From the NCBI GenBank assembly GCA_030704615.1, contig CM060732.1, positions 41,788,001 through 41,852,000 of the forward strand: a stretch of DNA of 64,000 nucleotides, in the 5' to 3' direction. The DNA is from Takakia lepidozioides (Eukaryota; Plantae; Bryophyta). Every line of letters starts with the position of its first letter. Position 1 is the stretch's first letter. Of the stretch, positions 36,009 through 48,272 are shown piece by piece. Both the position numbers and the translations under genes were made by a program. The notes under the pieces are model-generated. The model was not told the origin of the DNA and made no database searches. It saw nothing but the letters and a program-made list of their open reading frames with translations.

Positions 36009-38481
36009 AGTGTGGTGGGGATGGGGAAAGGTGAGGGGTAGAAGAGAGAGAGAGAGAGGGAGAGAGAGAGAGAGAGAGAGGGTGAAAAACTAACATTGTT
36101 TAATGGTTTCGGCTATTGATCAAGATTCGATGGGCCCACACATCAGTTGATACAAGTGGGGCTCTGCTTGATGGTCCCATACCCATACATCTCCCAGCTG
36201 ATCCTAAAATCAGTCTCTCGAAAACACCAACACTGGCAAATGCACAATGAAATTGGAGGTATGGTGGTTATCTACTCGGCCTTATTCCCAAATTGCCCTG
36301 ATGGTAGAAAGTTTTGTGCTTGGAAATGCAGGCATGAATCTGGTAACTCTGTATAATTCTTGTGTTTCTTTTGTAAATGTTGCCAAATATGGTTCCCATG
36401 GTGTTAGGTTGTGGTGTCTTACTGTCTGCCTCTCTTCCCCTCTTGTGAAGGGGGACTAATCACAGAGGAGTATTGCAGATGAGTGAAGCGCTAGTTCTAG
36501 ACGTGTAAAGTTTAAACTGGCTCAAGATGGATGTGGTGCTCATGAGGGGGAAATGCAGCCATCCTTTAACTGTCTGTCACTGGTTGTTGGCTTACGAAAG
36601 TGTCAAGACTTCAACTGGTTGGTGCATCCCAATGTTTATTTATGGGGACTGTACCATTTGAGGGTGAAAGGGATTTGCCTGGGAACGTCCTCAGAAACAT
36701 AGTAGGAAACTACAATATGGTAGAAATTTGATTTTTACTGGGTTCTGTCTGGGCTTTAGGTGATGTGGGTCACCACTGATGGCCATCATGCTTCACTCCT
36801 TGAATTTGTCATCACTTTCCAAATTTTCCCTTTCATGGATCAACTCACTGGCAACAACTGGGAACTGATCTGGTAACAGTTAGCAGGCTTGCCAGTCGAA
36901 CTCAAAAACAGTAGCTCTGTGACCCAGTGGCTGGCGGACGTCACAGTCAGTAATTGGTTCCAGAAAGTCAAAACATGCTTTGGGTATCCTATTTGGCCAT
37001 CTTCACCAGAGTGATCTCTCCCAGTGTGAGCACGTTTTTCCATGCCAGTCGGGGACAAGCATTGGTGAAAGACAAAACATGTGTTTGTCGGGAGGCTCGA
37101 AGCTTTGGGTTTTGATACCTACAGAATGGCTTTACATTGATATATTTCCGGATGCAAATACCTACCACATCTGGATGGTTTGCGGGCCTTGTTGCAAGGT
37201 CTCATGATGAAATCACTTGTGGGAGTGGACCCGTCTTCAGCTGTGTTCTTTCTATACTTGATTGGCAGATTAGTGACAATGGAACTTCCACATCTCATTG
37301 CTTACTGTAGGACTTCCTGGATTTGAGAGTCATGCCCTGGAGGCAGACTCCGAAATCCAGTCAAGACTGAGGGTAGGAGTTCTACCTGCTGTATGGCACT
37401 GCTTGAGAAATTCCCCTGCCATGGGCGGAGGCCGGAAACCGAAATTGTCCAGGCCAGAGTGGCAGGAAGTTCTGCTCAGGAAAGGCACTAAATCTAGAGG
37501 GAATTTTGGAGCAGTGCTTTACAGAGACTTTGTACTTTCACTTGTACAATTTGGTAACTTCTTTCCTTCTTTCCTTCTTTCATCTTCACCCATAAAACCT
37601 CATGAAGGCAGGAATGGGCCTGGTACTCACTGGTACACTAGGCAGTGCAATGCCAGATCTGAACACGGAGTGAGGCAAGAACTTCGGGAGTCACTTCAAT
37701 TGTCTGGCCCAGATTCGGGCCTGCAACATGTGTCTCTTTGCAATGAGGGATTTCAACCCAGACGATGTGTGGGCCCCTTTCTCTAGCCAGAAAATGCTTC
37801 CAGGTGCGGAGTAACAATCTAGAGTTTGTTTCTTCCAACTTGGGTTTGATCTTTCTTCATTTGCAACCAACTCTTGGTTTAGATATATGTCCTGCTGGCA
37901 GTACGTTCTGCAGCAGCCAGGTTCTAACGCCAGTCGCCAAGTACTTCCACTGTGCACTAGCCTGTATCTTTATTACCAGGGCACCTGTGCTGCAAGGGCT
38001 TCAAGGTGGGCACAGTGCAGCAGCACACAACACCACCACCAAGACAACTCCAAAGCTCCATCTGAGAGAGAAGACTCCGGCAGTAGCCGGTGTAACTCAG
38101 AGCCACTTTACCTTGCGGCTACTGTCCTCTGTCACTCCAACTTGTGCTTTAGGCTTCGTTAGGGAGGCGTCATCCATTTTTATTTTTTCAGCTGCCGCAC
38201 TATTGGTTTTCACATGGGAAGTGAGAAGAACATAGAACTTCACCAGCTCACCCCCCCTCTTTCCTGCTCATGCGGATGGATGGAGCCCTCGTCCCTGTGG
38301 ATGATAAATATTGGTCAGATGACTGCACTTACGTATGTGTTGGACAATAGATACGGAAGAGTACAGTAGGTATCTTTATCCACACTCGAACACATATGTA
38401 CGATAGGTAGGTAAGCAGGGTTCGTATATGTGGGCTGTGCCAGCAGCTACTTGGCAGATAGGTAGGTGGGCAGGTACTGAC

Positions 38482-39054
38482 CAGTGTTGGACTGGTATCG
38501 TACTTTGAACACACTAGACAGGTACTGGTATATAGGCCTCTGGCCAATTGTGATACCAGGGAGGTACTGGTATTGGCAAAAATCTAAGATTTTGATACCA
38601 TGGTGGTATCAATAATACATGATTAGTGTGGTGTTTTACGGGTATCAATAGGAAGAGTTTTTAGAAATCGATACCAGGGTAATATCAATACTGGTCTGGT
38701 ACAAAAAAACTCCCACTTCTCATATAAATGTGTACAAGCATGCTTCTCATTGATATTATTCCTCAAAGTATCCAGCTTCACATATTTCATCTTCCGGCCT
38801 GATTTTTATTTTGCTTATTGAAATCTGCATCCATATCGTGCATAGTGCATACTGTGCCGTCGATATTTGATACCTAGGTTCAAGTACCAGATTTTTAACC
38901 ACCTACCAGACTGGTAGGGTATCGTCCACAATATTAGGAAGCACATACCAAGGCCAATATGGGTATATGCGAGGTAGTGGCATGAGGCGATACTATACCA
39001 ATATTGATACCAATATTGATACCAGTTTCTTATCGGTATACCAGTCCAACACTG
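38482..39054. mobile_element. hAT-superfamily MITE (573 bp)
   Basis: 17-bp perfect TIR cagtgttggactggtat / ataccagtccaacactg; perfect 8-bp TSD gtactgac (38474-38481 and 39055-39062); subterminal gatacc/ggtatc repeats. Confidence 0.93.
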
Positions 39055-40218
39055 GTACTGACTGGTTTGAATTCAACAAACGGATAGATGAGACCGGCTT
39101 TTATCATCCGATGGATGAAATCATACAGAATGAAGATTCAACGGTGTGGGATGCAAGTACGTGGTTGCATGAGGGCTAGGCAAGGCAGAGTTAGGTGGGT
39201 GTTGGTGAGCGAGATGAAGAAGAGAAGAGAAGGAGGAGGAGAAGCAGAAGAACAAGGCATCGCTCTGCTTGGATTGTTTGTTGACCAAGATGTTTCTGGG
39301 CTTGTAGGGGAGAAAGTGGGTGGTAGAGATCGGCACTCAAGATGACTGATCTGATAGTGGAAGGTGTCAATCTCAATCCGGGAAAGCTGACAGCCCGCTG
39401 ACAGATCTCCCACTACGGAATGCTCAGGGATCAGGGTTGCCGTTGGTGGAAGTGAGGAGAGCACTGTGCAACAACGACGGACTGCTATGGCAGAGCTGGG
39501 CTTGGAGCTCATATCTGTTCACAATCCTTGCAGATCATTGTGACTCGCTACAGTCCAATTCCAAGATTAATACTTAGTCCTGAGCCCACTATGTAGAAGG
39601 GCAATTCTAGTTAACTTCACCTGTCTACTCACTCAGGTGGCTAACTGAATAAGTATTTTCAGTCTGATGTACGTGGATCCACTCCTGACATAATATCAAG
39701 TCTCCGATACCACGTCAGTCAGTGGTGTGGTGCTGGAAGCGTTTTTCACTGATAAACTGCTTCCCATGTCAAAGAGACCGTGGACATGATATTTGACAGG
39801 ATTTCGAAGAGAAGAGAAGAGATTCACTTGACTTTGAACTTGGAGTACAATTGATCTTTTCAAGAATGTGGAGCAACATACTGGAGGAAAACCATGAACA
39901 CATCACTTCGGAAACAGAGTTTGGCCTGGAACCACTGAGATGCAGACCCCTACAATTGGAAGTCTGCACACAAGATTTTGCTTAGGTACCAGTAGTTAAA
40001 GAGAGGTTGCTATCCTCAAACATCAAGCTGCTCAAGTGGAGCATTTTATTGAGCACCTGCATGCCAGAATGAGTATTTTTCGCAAATAGACTACCTCTCA
40101 AATCTTCTATAACTATCTGCAGAAGAGTTGCTTACCACTACGTTGAGCAGCAACACCGTCTCGGTTAAAGCTCTTTTTGTCTTAACGAATCATCAAGCGC
40201 CAAAGTTCACACAGTAAT

Positions 40219-40415
40219 CAGTCTAGCCTAATCTCAGGAAAATGCTACCCTTCAAGGACACGCTAAACCTCAACTGAGTTTGCTGCATCAATTGTACAGT
40301 CAAACTCCTTGTGCCTCCAGCAAATAGCACTCACCATCAAGTTGCGTTGGTCACCTTCAACCTTGTGATCTTTTACAATCCTTCCAGAGCTCTCTATTGA
40401 ACCAAAGATTGCTCA
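40219..40415 (-). repeat. Tandem partial copy of the RUP 3' coding end
   Basis: 40219-40393 aligns to 40438-40613, covering the last ~55 codons and the stop region (e.g. cctccagcaaatagcactcaccatcaagttg). Confidence 0.85.
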
Positions 40416-40446
40416 AGGTCTGTTATCATAGTAAATTCAGTCTAGC

Positions 40447-41877
40447 CTAAATCTCAGGCAAATGCTGCCCTTTAAGGACATGCAAAACCCCATCTGAGTT
40501 TGCCGCAACAAGTGTACAGTCAAACTCCTTTCGCCTCCAGCAAATAGCACTCACCATCAAGTTGTGTTGGTTATCTTCAACCTTATCGTCTTTTACAATC
40601 CTTCCAGAGCTCTTGAGTGAACCCAGGACCTGCCAATGGCAAACAACTGGGGAGACTTCCCCGAAGTCATGCCGTAGAATGGGATTGGACTTGTGGCAAT
40701 CATAGGCAAATGCTTCGTTGGTTTCTGATCCACAAGCTATGAGCCCACCCTCAGGCCACACTGACAGTCCCACAAAGTTTCTCACATTGTGGTGAGCTCC
40801 GAAGGTTCTAACAGGATGAGAGGGGGGGGTTGGCAACATATTTTCTTTCAGTTGAGGTCTCTTACTGTCCTTTAGAGTTCCAGGGCAGTCATTAGACCAG
40901 CTGGCAGCTGAAGAGATGTCCCAGAGCTTTAAAGTACTATCGATGGAGGCAGACACCAACAGGCTTCTACTCAAGAACCGGACATTGCTTGCTGCCCTTC
41001 GGTGATGCCTGAGGGTGAGTACAGGCCCGATGGAGAGCTTTCGCAAGTCGTAGACGTATACATTGCTATCAGCACAAGCGACTGCCACAATAGAGGAAGA
41101 ACTGGGGCCAAACTCGGCACAACAAACTGGGGTATAATTGGGTGAAGCGATAACAGCCACACATTTATCATAGTCCTGCCTCCACATTCGAACTGTGCCA
41201 TCATCAGAAGCAGAGGCACAAAGATTGGGGTCTTCAGTACTGTAATCAATACTCAAAATACGCTGCCCATTGTGTTCGTCCCATTCGCTTACTGCAAGGC
41301 CCTTCTCAAGATCCCACTCTGCCACTACTCCGTCGTAGTCACCACAACCGATGATGTTGTCCGACTGGATGTGCCATTTGACACTGCTCAATTTGGCAGG
41401 CGTGCAAATTTCCGTAAGACAACTGTTTGCATTATCTACTGAGCGTCTACCTCTATCCTTAGCTCGTCTAACGTCCTTGGTCCTCTTACGAAGTCCGCGT
41501 TCATCTTCGATATCTTCTTCCTCTTCCTCCTCGACATCCTCTTTCTTTGAGAGGGTATTATTCCCATTAGAAGCTACTTGGTTTCCTGAGATGAATGACT
41601 GAAACGAGTACACGCGAATCTTCCTCGCAATTCCTCCCGTGACGAAAAACTCATTAGACTTGTCGAATGCAATTGCTCCTATCACATCAGTGGCAGACAA
41701 ACCTTGATTGTACTTCGCACTGGCCACGACCTCAAACACCCAGTGCCCAGATGTGCCCGAACTGCAGTCCCAGACATCGTCTCTACGAAACTGCCCTTCC
41801 GGTAAGAATTCCCACATTCCTTGGGCGTGTGAGGTAGACGCTCCAGAGAGAACATCCTCTCGATGGAATGAAGACAT
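40447..41877 (-). CDS. RUP: RUP-type WD40 protein (REPRESSOR OF UV-B PHOTOMORPHOGENESIS-like), copy A, intronless, 476 aa
   Basis: Motifs TGGIARKIRVY, ICTPAKLSS, GDYDGVV, DEHNGQRILSIDYS, RNFVGLSVW..GGLIACGSE and CTLVAANSDGVL. The start is the ATG at 41877 (MSSF), since there is an in-frame TAA just upstream and it aligns with the paralog's MSSP. Confidence 0.92.
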   Translation of the reverse strand: MSSFHREDVLSGASTSHAQGMWEFLPEGQFRRDDVWDCSSGTSGHWVFEVVASAKYNQGLSATDVIGAIAFDKSNEFFVTGGIARKIRVYSFQSFISGNQVASNGNNTLSKKEDVEEEEEEDIEDERGLRKRTKDVRRAKDRGRRSVDNANSCLTEICTPAKLSSVKWHIQSDNIIGCGDYDGVVAEWDLEKGLAVSEWDEHNGQRILSIDYSTEDPNLCASASDDGTVRMWRQDYDKCVAVIASPNYTPVCCAEFGPSSSSIVAVACADSNVYVYDLRKLSIGPVLTLRHHRRAASNVRFLSRSLLVSASIDSTLKLWDISSAASWSNDCPGTLKDSKRPQLKENMLPTPPSHPVRTFGAHHNVRNFVGLSVWPEGGLIACGSETNEAFAYDCHKSNPILRHDFGEVSPVVCHWQVLGSLKSSGRIVKDDKVEDNQHNLMVSAICWRRKEFDCTLVAANSDGVLHVLKGQHLPEI

Positions 41878-42149
41878 ATCTTGGGCATCCTCCAATCTTT
41901 ACACCATCTTCGTCATGAATTATTCCTGCTACATTATCTGCATAGGCAGACACTTCCAAACCTTGCAGCGACGATGAACTACCATCCGCAGCCAGAACAT
42001 CATGATGGGTGGTGACCTTGTCTGTAGCATCCCTTGCTACAAGTACCTGGCAGGGCACAACCTGACAGAGCCACCCTGTATGAACCGATCAGCCGTCTCA
42101 GCTGCATCCACTGCTCAATTGCTTCCCTGGGACCTCAAATCTTGAGGGA

Positions 42150-42574
42150 AAACCTGACGTCACCACGGGAAGGACGATCAAATATTCTCTTCCCTCGATT
42201 AAGGCGGCCGCACGTTCTTTGTAACAAAAAGTGGACCTCCTCTTCAAGCATTTACGTGCATCGAAGGGAAATAGCGAATCTTGCTCGCGGCATGGCTGTG
42301 CACTTATCCTGCAGATACGTACCTAGGTCAAAGAGAATGCGAGACAATAAGTTGCGGCAGCGGGTAAGTCGGGCATGTGGAGCACCTGAGCGGAGGACTG
42401 TGAGCAGCGGGAGGCTGCGGGGTGCTCCAGTAGTCCATAAAAGCTGATTGCAGTTGCGAAAACTCCCACATCTTCACCGGGAAAGGATGTGGCAGACAAG
42501 AACTCTCCTGTCGCCTACAAGTCATCCCAATAGACATGCATCGTATGCTCGATTATTGATCAGACCACTCTTGT

Positions 42575-42606
<32 letters not shown>

Positions 42607-44895
42607 GAGAACGAGAGAGAAAATGAGAACGAGAGGGAGAGAGAGAGCGACAGTACCAGTCGCCCAACACGTTCAATGCGAGTAACCCATTACAAAGCCT
42701 GCTAATGTGCTCAACATCCTAGAGGACTAGAGCAGTCTAAAGGAACAATGCTACTCAATACAATGAAAGCATGATGTTAGTAGGGGAGCAATCAATACCA
42801 CTGCTTAGGACTGCTCCACGGACGTCAAAGCAGATTGATCAAGATTGTACACACAAGTACAACCTGACGCAGGCCCTTCTGAAGATGTCGCAGCAAACTA
42901 CAAACTGATTCGCTCACAGCCTCAAAAACACGGCGGCGGCTGTCAACTTCAAGATTGAGTCCCTAACATAGCTTGAATGAGACACATAGCTGTGGTTGAG
43001 AGCCTCGGACAGAAGAAAAGACCCGACTTCCCCAACAGTGCAAGAGCCCACGGAGAAAATAGAAGAATGTGGGGATCTGCATATCTCTTGGACTCAGTAC
43101 TCCACTAGATGACCTGCATCCAGAAACGACACTATCAAACCATCCAAGAAGTTGAGAACGCTTTAAAAGGCATTTCTACAAGCCCCGACCTTTAGAAACG
43201 TCAATACAACCAGCTAACATTACGAAACAACGACATGGAACGTGAGACAAAGTCCGAGATGGAGACGACCTCATCAAAACAAAGGAAGAGCATACCCTCA
43301 ACCAAGACAGACACTAAACGAGAGCTGTATCCCAAACTCTCAGCTTGCCAGTCCTGATCCAGTGCGATAACTTCAAAGTCAGAGATCAGCAGCAGAAACA
43401 GACAACCAAAAAGAATACAAGGTGTTTCTCCACTGACCCAAAAGACTGAGGACACAGTACAGTCGCTGTGCGAACCAGAGAAAACGTCCAAGCCCAGTCC
43501 ACAAATGAGGAAGAAGATGGAGCAGCAGCAGACGCGCCCAGAGAGGAGACGAGCGAGCAGCCACGACAGTCGCGACACGGTGGCCGCCTCCAGGCCTAGC
43601 ACTTTCCGTTGCAGACTTTTGTCCACGTGGCTCCCCTCTACTCGTGCAGACCACGGGCTAATATTCATTTTTTCACATTTTCCTTTTCATTACTTTCGGT
43701 AAAAGAGGACATTATAAAATTATAAACTCTAATATTGGGAGTATATATAAAAGACAATTTCAGACACGTGTCCCGTCAGATTGCACCGGTGACGTTAGCA
43801 ATATCTTTACCCCGCGCTCTTATTGGTTCGTACTGACTCATCATTTAACTACAGAACCCTATCGGGTTATCCGTGTCGGCGACCGTCTATACCCGGTCCA
43901 AAATTCCATGCCACCGGCTACTTGATGGTGGGAGCCAGTAGAATGTAAGAGCACAGTGGCTGTCGGACGCTGACCCGGTAGCCTGGGCTTCGTACTGGCT
44001 GTCACCGGTCCCAGCCCATTGATAGGTGGGCAGCTCCTCTCGCGACCGGATAAGCCGGTCGTTTCTGACTGGCAGCTAACGTCCACGTCGTAACTGCCGG
44101 GCAGCCCCGCCTGCCGGCCGCCGGCCGAGGGTGGCGCCACGCCGACGCCCTTTCTGCGGGCAGCGCGACGAGTGACAGAGAGTCTGATGAGAGAGAGAGA
44201 GACAGAGCATGCGCGTCTACGTCGGTGGTTTGATAACGAGGAAACATGAGAGCCACATGACGAGTCTCTGCAGCTTGAAGGAGCTCGAAGGAAATACTTT
44301 GTGCCAACGAGGAGTTTACATCTAAACCTACGCTGCAAACTATGCATTACTCTAGATAAACCTGTGAAACGAAAGAGAAATCAGAATTCGAGAAAAATTC
44401 CGACAATCATGGACAGTGTGTAGGACGTAGTAGTTTCATACCACAACTGAAGTACTTGTACTACATTCTCACTACATTCCCACAGAGAAGAACAGTTTTT
44501 AACATTCACTTCAAATTCGCATCCGGTACAAGCTCGACCTGGCTCGGTAGAAGGTTCTAGCAATCCTTGCACTTGCGCCTTCCGCATTCGTACTCATGGA
44601 TGCGCTAGCCTACATCCTGCCAAGCTTAGTACAAGCATCACGCATCACACATCAGTGTACATTGCTATGTTCACTCAAATACCTTCAATGTTTTTCCTTA
44701 AGTTAATATTGCGCTGCTAGGTATTCCGTCCAGTTTGCGAAAGAAGAAGCGAGAGAGAGAGAGAGAGAGGGGATGCGGGGAGGGTGTCAGGGTGGAGAGG
44801 ACGTGGAGGTACCTGAGTGAGTACTCGCGAGTACGCTCTAAGTATTCGTCCTCGCAACTGAAGTCAAGAACCCTACCTACCTAAGTTAGTAACTT
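42150..44895. promoter_or_regulatory. Candidate light/UV-responsive elements in the inter-RUP region
   Basis: C-box tgacgtca (~42154), G-boxes ccacgtgg (~43623) and gacacgtgtc (~43763), TATA-like tatatataaa (~43742), and MYB-type ccctacctacctaag (~44871). These are motif matches only. Confidence 0.4.
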
Positions 44896-45719
44896 AGCTT
44901 AATTTGGTAACTTATTATCTATTATTGGTTATATTTATAACACAAAAGCAATTCCAGGCAGAATCTGAACACAGAACGGAAAAACCGAACGTGGCGTCCG
45001 CACTACCAGACTTTTCGGGACTCTGCCCGCGCTGGGAGGGCCTCCGAAAAAGTCTGAGGAGCTGCCCGAGAGAAGGTGGTCGCCGTGGCGCCCTCCTTGC
45101 CAAACCTTCCCAGGCAGCTGCCCAGAGGCAGGGCACAGTTGGAAAAGTTTGTTGTGTGCCCGAGATGTTTGTACGTGGCTGCTAGTCAACCACACTAGTG
45201 ACGGCCTCGGCTCCCCCTGCCCCTCCATAACACGCGTGCTCGCAAGCTCGTCTCTCGCTGGGAAGATTGTGTCTGCGAGGAGTGAAATCCTGCTGGAGCT
45301 GCTCAATCTTTGGTCCTTAACTTGTTTCTTGCGAAAGGTTTCTGGGTTTTGGCACCCTCTTTCTTTCCTGCTGCATATCGACCGTCACACTGTCGAGCTT
45401 TTTAAGTCTTGAGCATCAGAAGTAGCTGCAGCAGCTCAAACTGCGGTCTGGAAGCTTGTATGTTGCTCGAACGTTGCATGTATCGTGACAGTGCTTGTCT
45501 CCGTCACTGCTCCTCTGTAGTTTTCCATTGATGTGCACGGATCTTGCTTTGCATGAAGGTCTAGAGAGAGTTCAGCTGTATGCATGAACTTCCAGCGCTA
45601 GTGCTAGGACGTAAAACAGCTTTTTCACGTGCAAGAGGAGTTTGCTGCCTTGGCGTTGCATGCGTAAATCATGCCGACCAGTCTTTCTGCGTAATGCACA
45701 TTGACATGCGGCCCTTGTC

Positions 45720-47159
45720 ATGTCTTCACCCCATCCAGGGAAGATCTCGGACCCAGGAACTTCAAGCTCACATACTCGAGGAATGGGCCCGGAGTTCTAC
45801 CCGGATGGACAACCTCTCAGAGACGATGTGTGGGAGCGGAATCCAGAGCGATCCACCCACTGGGAGTTTGAGGTGTTGGCCACCGTAGAGTGTCATAATC
45901 AGCGTTTGTCTGCCACCGATGTGATAGGGTCGATTGCATTTGACAAATCAAACGAGTTTTTCGCCACGGGAGGAATCGCTAGGAAGATACGTGTGTATTC
46001 GTACCAGTCTTTCTTGTCAGGGAACCGAGTTTCAAATGGGCACAACACGCAAGTTGAGGAGCTGGAAGAGGACGAAGAATCCGAAGAAGATGATAACCAT
46101 CGAGACTACCCGAAGCAACGCGGATGTCGTAGGAGGTCCATGGATGCTAGAAGACCTAAAGGTAGAGCCAGACTCTCATTAGATCATGCAAGAGGTTGCG
46201 TGGCGGAAATTTGTACCCCTGCCAAACTGAGCAGTGTGAAATGGCCCCTCGAGAGGGCCGACATCATTGGTTGTGGGGACTATGACGGAGTTGTCGCAGA
46301 GTGGGACCTTGAGAAGGGCCTTGCAGTAAGCGAAAGGGATGAACACAGCGGGCAGCGTATCTGGAGTATTGATTACAGCACAGAGGATCCCAATCTTTGT
46401 GCCTCTGCCTCTGATGATGGCACTGTTCGAATGTGGAGGCGGGACTCTGATGAGTGTGTCGCTCTCATTGCTGCTCCCAATCAGAGCCCAGTTTGTTCTG
46501 CGGAGTTTGGCCCGAGTTCTTCCTTTGTCATTGCGCTCGCTTGTGCAGATAGCAATGTCTATGTATATGATTTGCGTAAGATCGCCATCCCTATCCTCAC
46601 CCTTCAGCATCACCGAAGGGCGGCAAGCAATGTTCGTTTTTTGAGTAGAAATCTGCTGGTGTCTGCCTCCATTGACAGCACTTTGAAGCTTTGGGACATT
46701 TCCACAGTATCTAGCTGCACAAACGACTGGCCTTCAACTCTCAAGGACAGCGAGAGACTTCATCGGAAAGAGAATTTGTTGCCAACCCAACCTCCTCATC
46801 CTGTGAGAACCTTCGGAACCCACCACAATGTGAGAAACTTTGTGGGTTTGTCCGTATGGCCTGAGGGTGGCCTCATAGCCTGCGGATCAGAAACCAATGA
46901 AGCTTTCGCCTACGATTGCCACAAGATTAATCCCATTCTTCGCCATCACTTTGGGAAAGTCTCCCCAGTTGTTTCCCAGGGGGAAGTCCTCGGTTCACTT
47001 GAGAATCCTGGAAAGAAAAGAACAGACTATCAGATTGAGGACAACCAAAGCAACCTGATGGTGAGCGCCATTTGCTGGAGGACAAAACAGTCTGAATGTG
47101 CGCTTGTGGCTGCCAATTCAGATGGGGTTTTGTGCATCATCGGAGGGCATCGAATTTGA
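45720..47159 (+). CDS. RUP: RUP-type WD40 protein, copy B, intronless, 479 aa
   Basis: Same RUP motifs (ATGGIARKIRVY, ICTPAKLSS, ERDEHSGQRIWSIDYS, RNFVGLSVW, ALVAANSDGVL). There is no RING, coiled-coil or kinase domain, so it is not COP1 or SPA. Confidence 0.93.
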   Translation: MSSPHPGKISDPGTSSSHTRGMGPEFYPDGQPLRDDVWERNPERSTHWEFEVLATVECHNQRLSATDVIGSIAFDKSNEFFATGGIARKIRVYSYQSFLSGNRVSNGHNTQVEELEEDEESEEDDNHRDYPKQRGCRRRSMDARRPKGRARLSLDHARGCVAEICTPAKLSSVKWPLERADIIGCGDYDGVVAEWDLEKGLAVSERDEHSGQRIWSIDYSTEDPNLCASASDDGTVRMWRRDSDECVALIAAPNQSPVCSAEFGPSSSFVIALACADSNVYVYDLRKIAIPILTLQHHRRAASNVRFLSRNLLVSASIDSTLKLWDISTVSSCTNDWPSTLKDSERLHRKENLLPTQPPHPVRTFGTHHNVRNFVGLSVWPEGGLIACGSETNEAFAYDCHKINPILRHHFGKVSPVVSQGEVLGSLENPGKKRTDYQIEDNQSNLMVSAICWRTKQSECALVAANSDGVLCIIGGHRI

Positions 47160-48272
47160 CAAAGATTTAGAACTAGAATCAACAAACTATTCATTCTATT
47201 CATTCAGCAGCGTAGTGGTTCCGAAGTACAGGGAACTCTTGAATTGCACTGCAAGCTCCATCATTACATTACATCACACATTAATTGGTTCATAGTCTCT
47301 AGCTCATCCCACAGTCTAAGAAATCAAACGAGGGCATTGCAAACGTTTGCTGTGAGATTGTAATGCTGTTTGTTGCTGTGCTTCAACAATCTCAAATAAA
47401 CTGTGCAATGTTGGCCTGTTGAATCGACTGGCTACATTCCGCAACTCCCAAGATGTTTTCATACACACCTGATAACGCAAGTGTCATTCCCTTTTCGACT
47501 TCCCATATCTCGTATAAATACTCGGAACTTCTGGTGAGAATGTGCAAAATCGGTCATACAGTCGACTTTCTCGTTTCAAACTCTTGATCTGACCATAGAT
47601 TCGTTCACAGATTCGCCGTCATATATACATGTGAAACGCTTCAAGTGGATGAACAGTGACTCACGAGAATATGTATGAGAAGTCATCCCATGAAAGTACT
47701 TGATACCGAATCATTGCTCAGCTGAAATTTGATGACAGATAGAGAAACCTTCGATACAAAGTGTCTCATTGTGCTCTACCCAAATTTGCCTAGTGATAAT
47801 TCGAGTCCCCCTAGACATAAATGTGTGATCTACAGAAGCTATTAGTGATCTCGGTAATGCATAGATTACAGCAGCGCTAACGAACTTGAGATTCTCATTC
47901 GAGTCCAACCGTTTTTACTTTAAGATTATTCTTTTTAAAAAACACACTTATCTCCCTTATCGCCTGCTCAAGCTAGTCCGTAGTCAGCGTCTGCTCCACC
48001 TTGACTCCGCCCAAGTGCTTAGAAGGTCTTGAGAAGCTCCAGGGGGGTGCTACTGAGGTTTCCATCTCATAATCTGTATAGAATTTCAGCTCTGGCAATG
48101 ACCTGGTCATCCTCTTAGGATGTGAAATGCTACCTTCAGGCGATCATGTCCGGTTATTCCCAGATTATCCCGCAGCCATACTGAGTCTGTTGCTCGACTT
48201 CAACTGGAGGAGTACTCGTCAACCTCTTCACCTGTTTGTATTTGGTGCAACGCTTTAGCAGTGGCAACCCAT

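Noticed and set aside
36840-40050. Short ORFs between HSF and RUP-A
   Set aside because: No recognisable domains or consistent exon chain.
40447-47159. COP1 or SPA assignment for the WD40 genes
   Set aside because: There is no RING, coiled-coil or kinase-like domain, the genes are intronless, and RUP-specific motifs are present.
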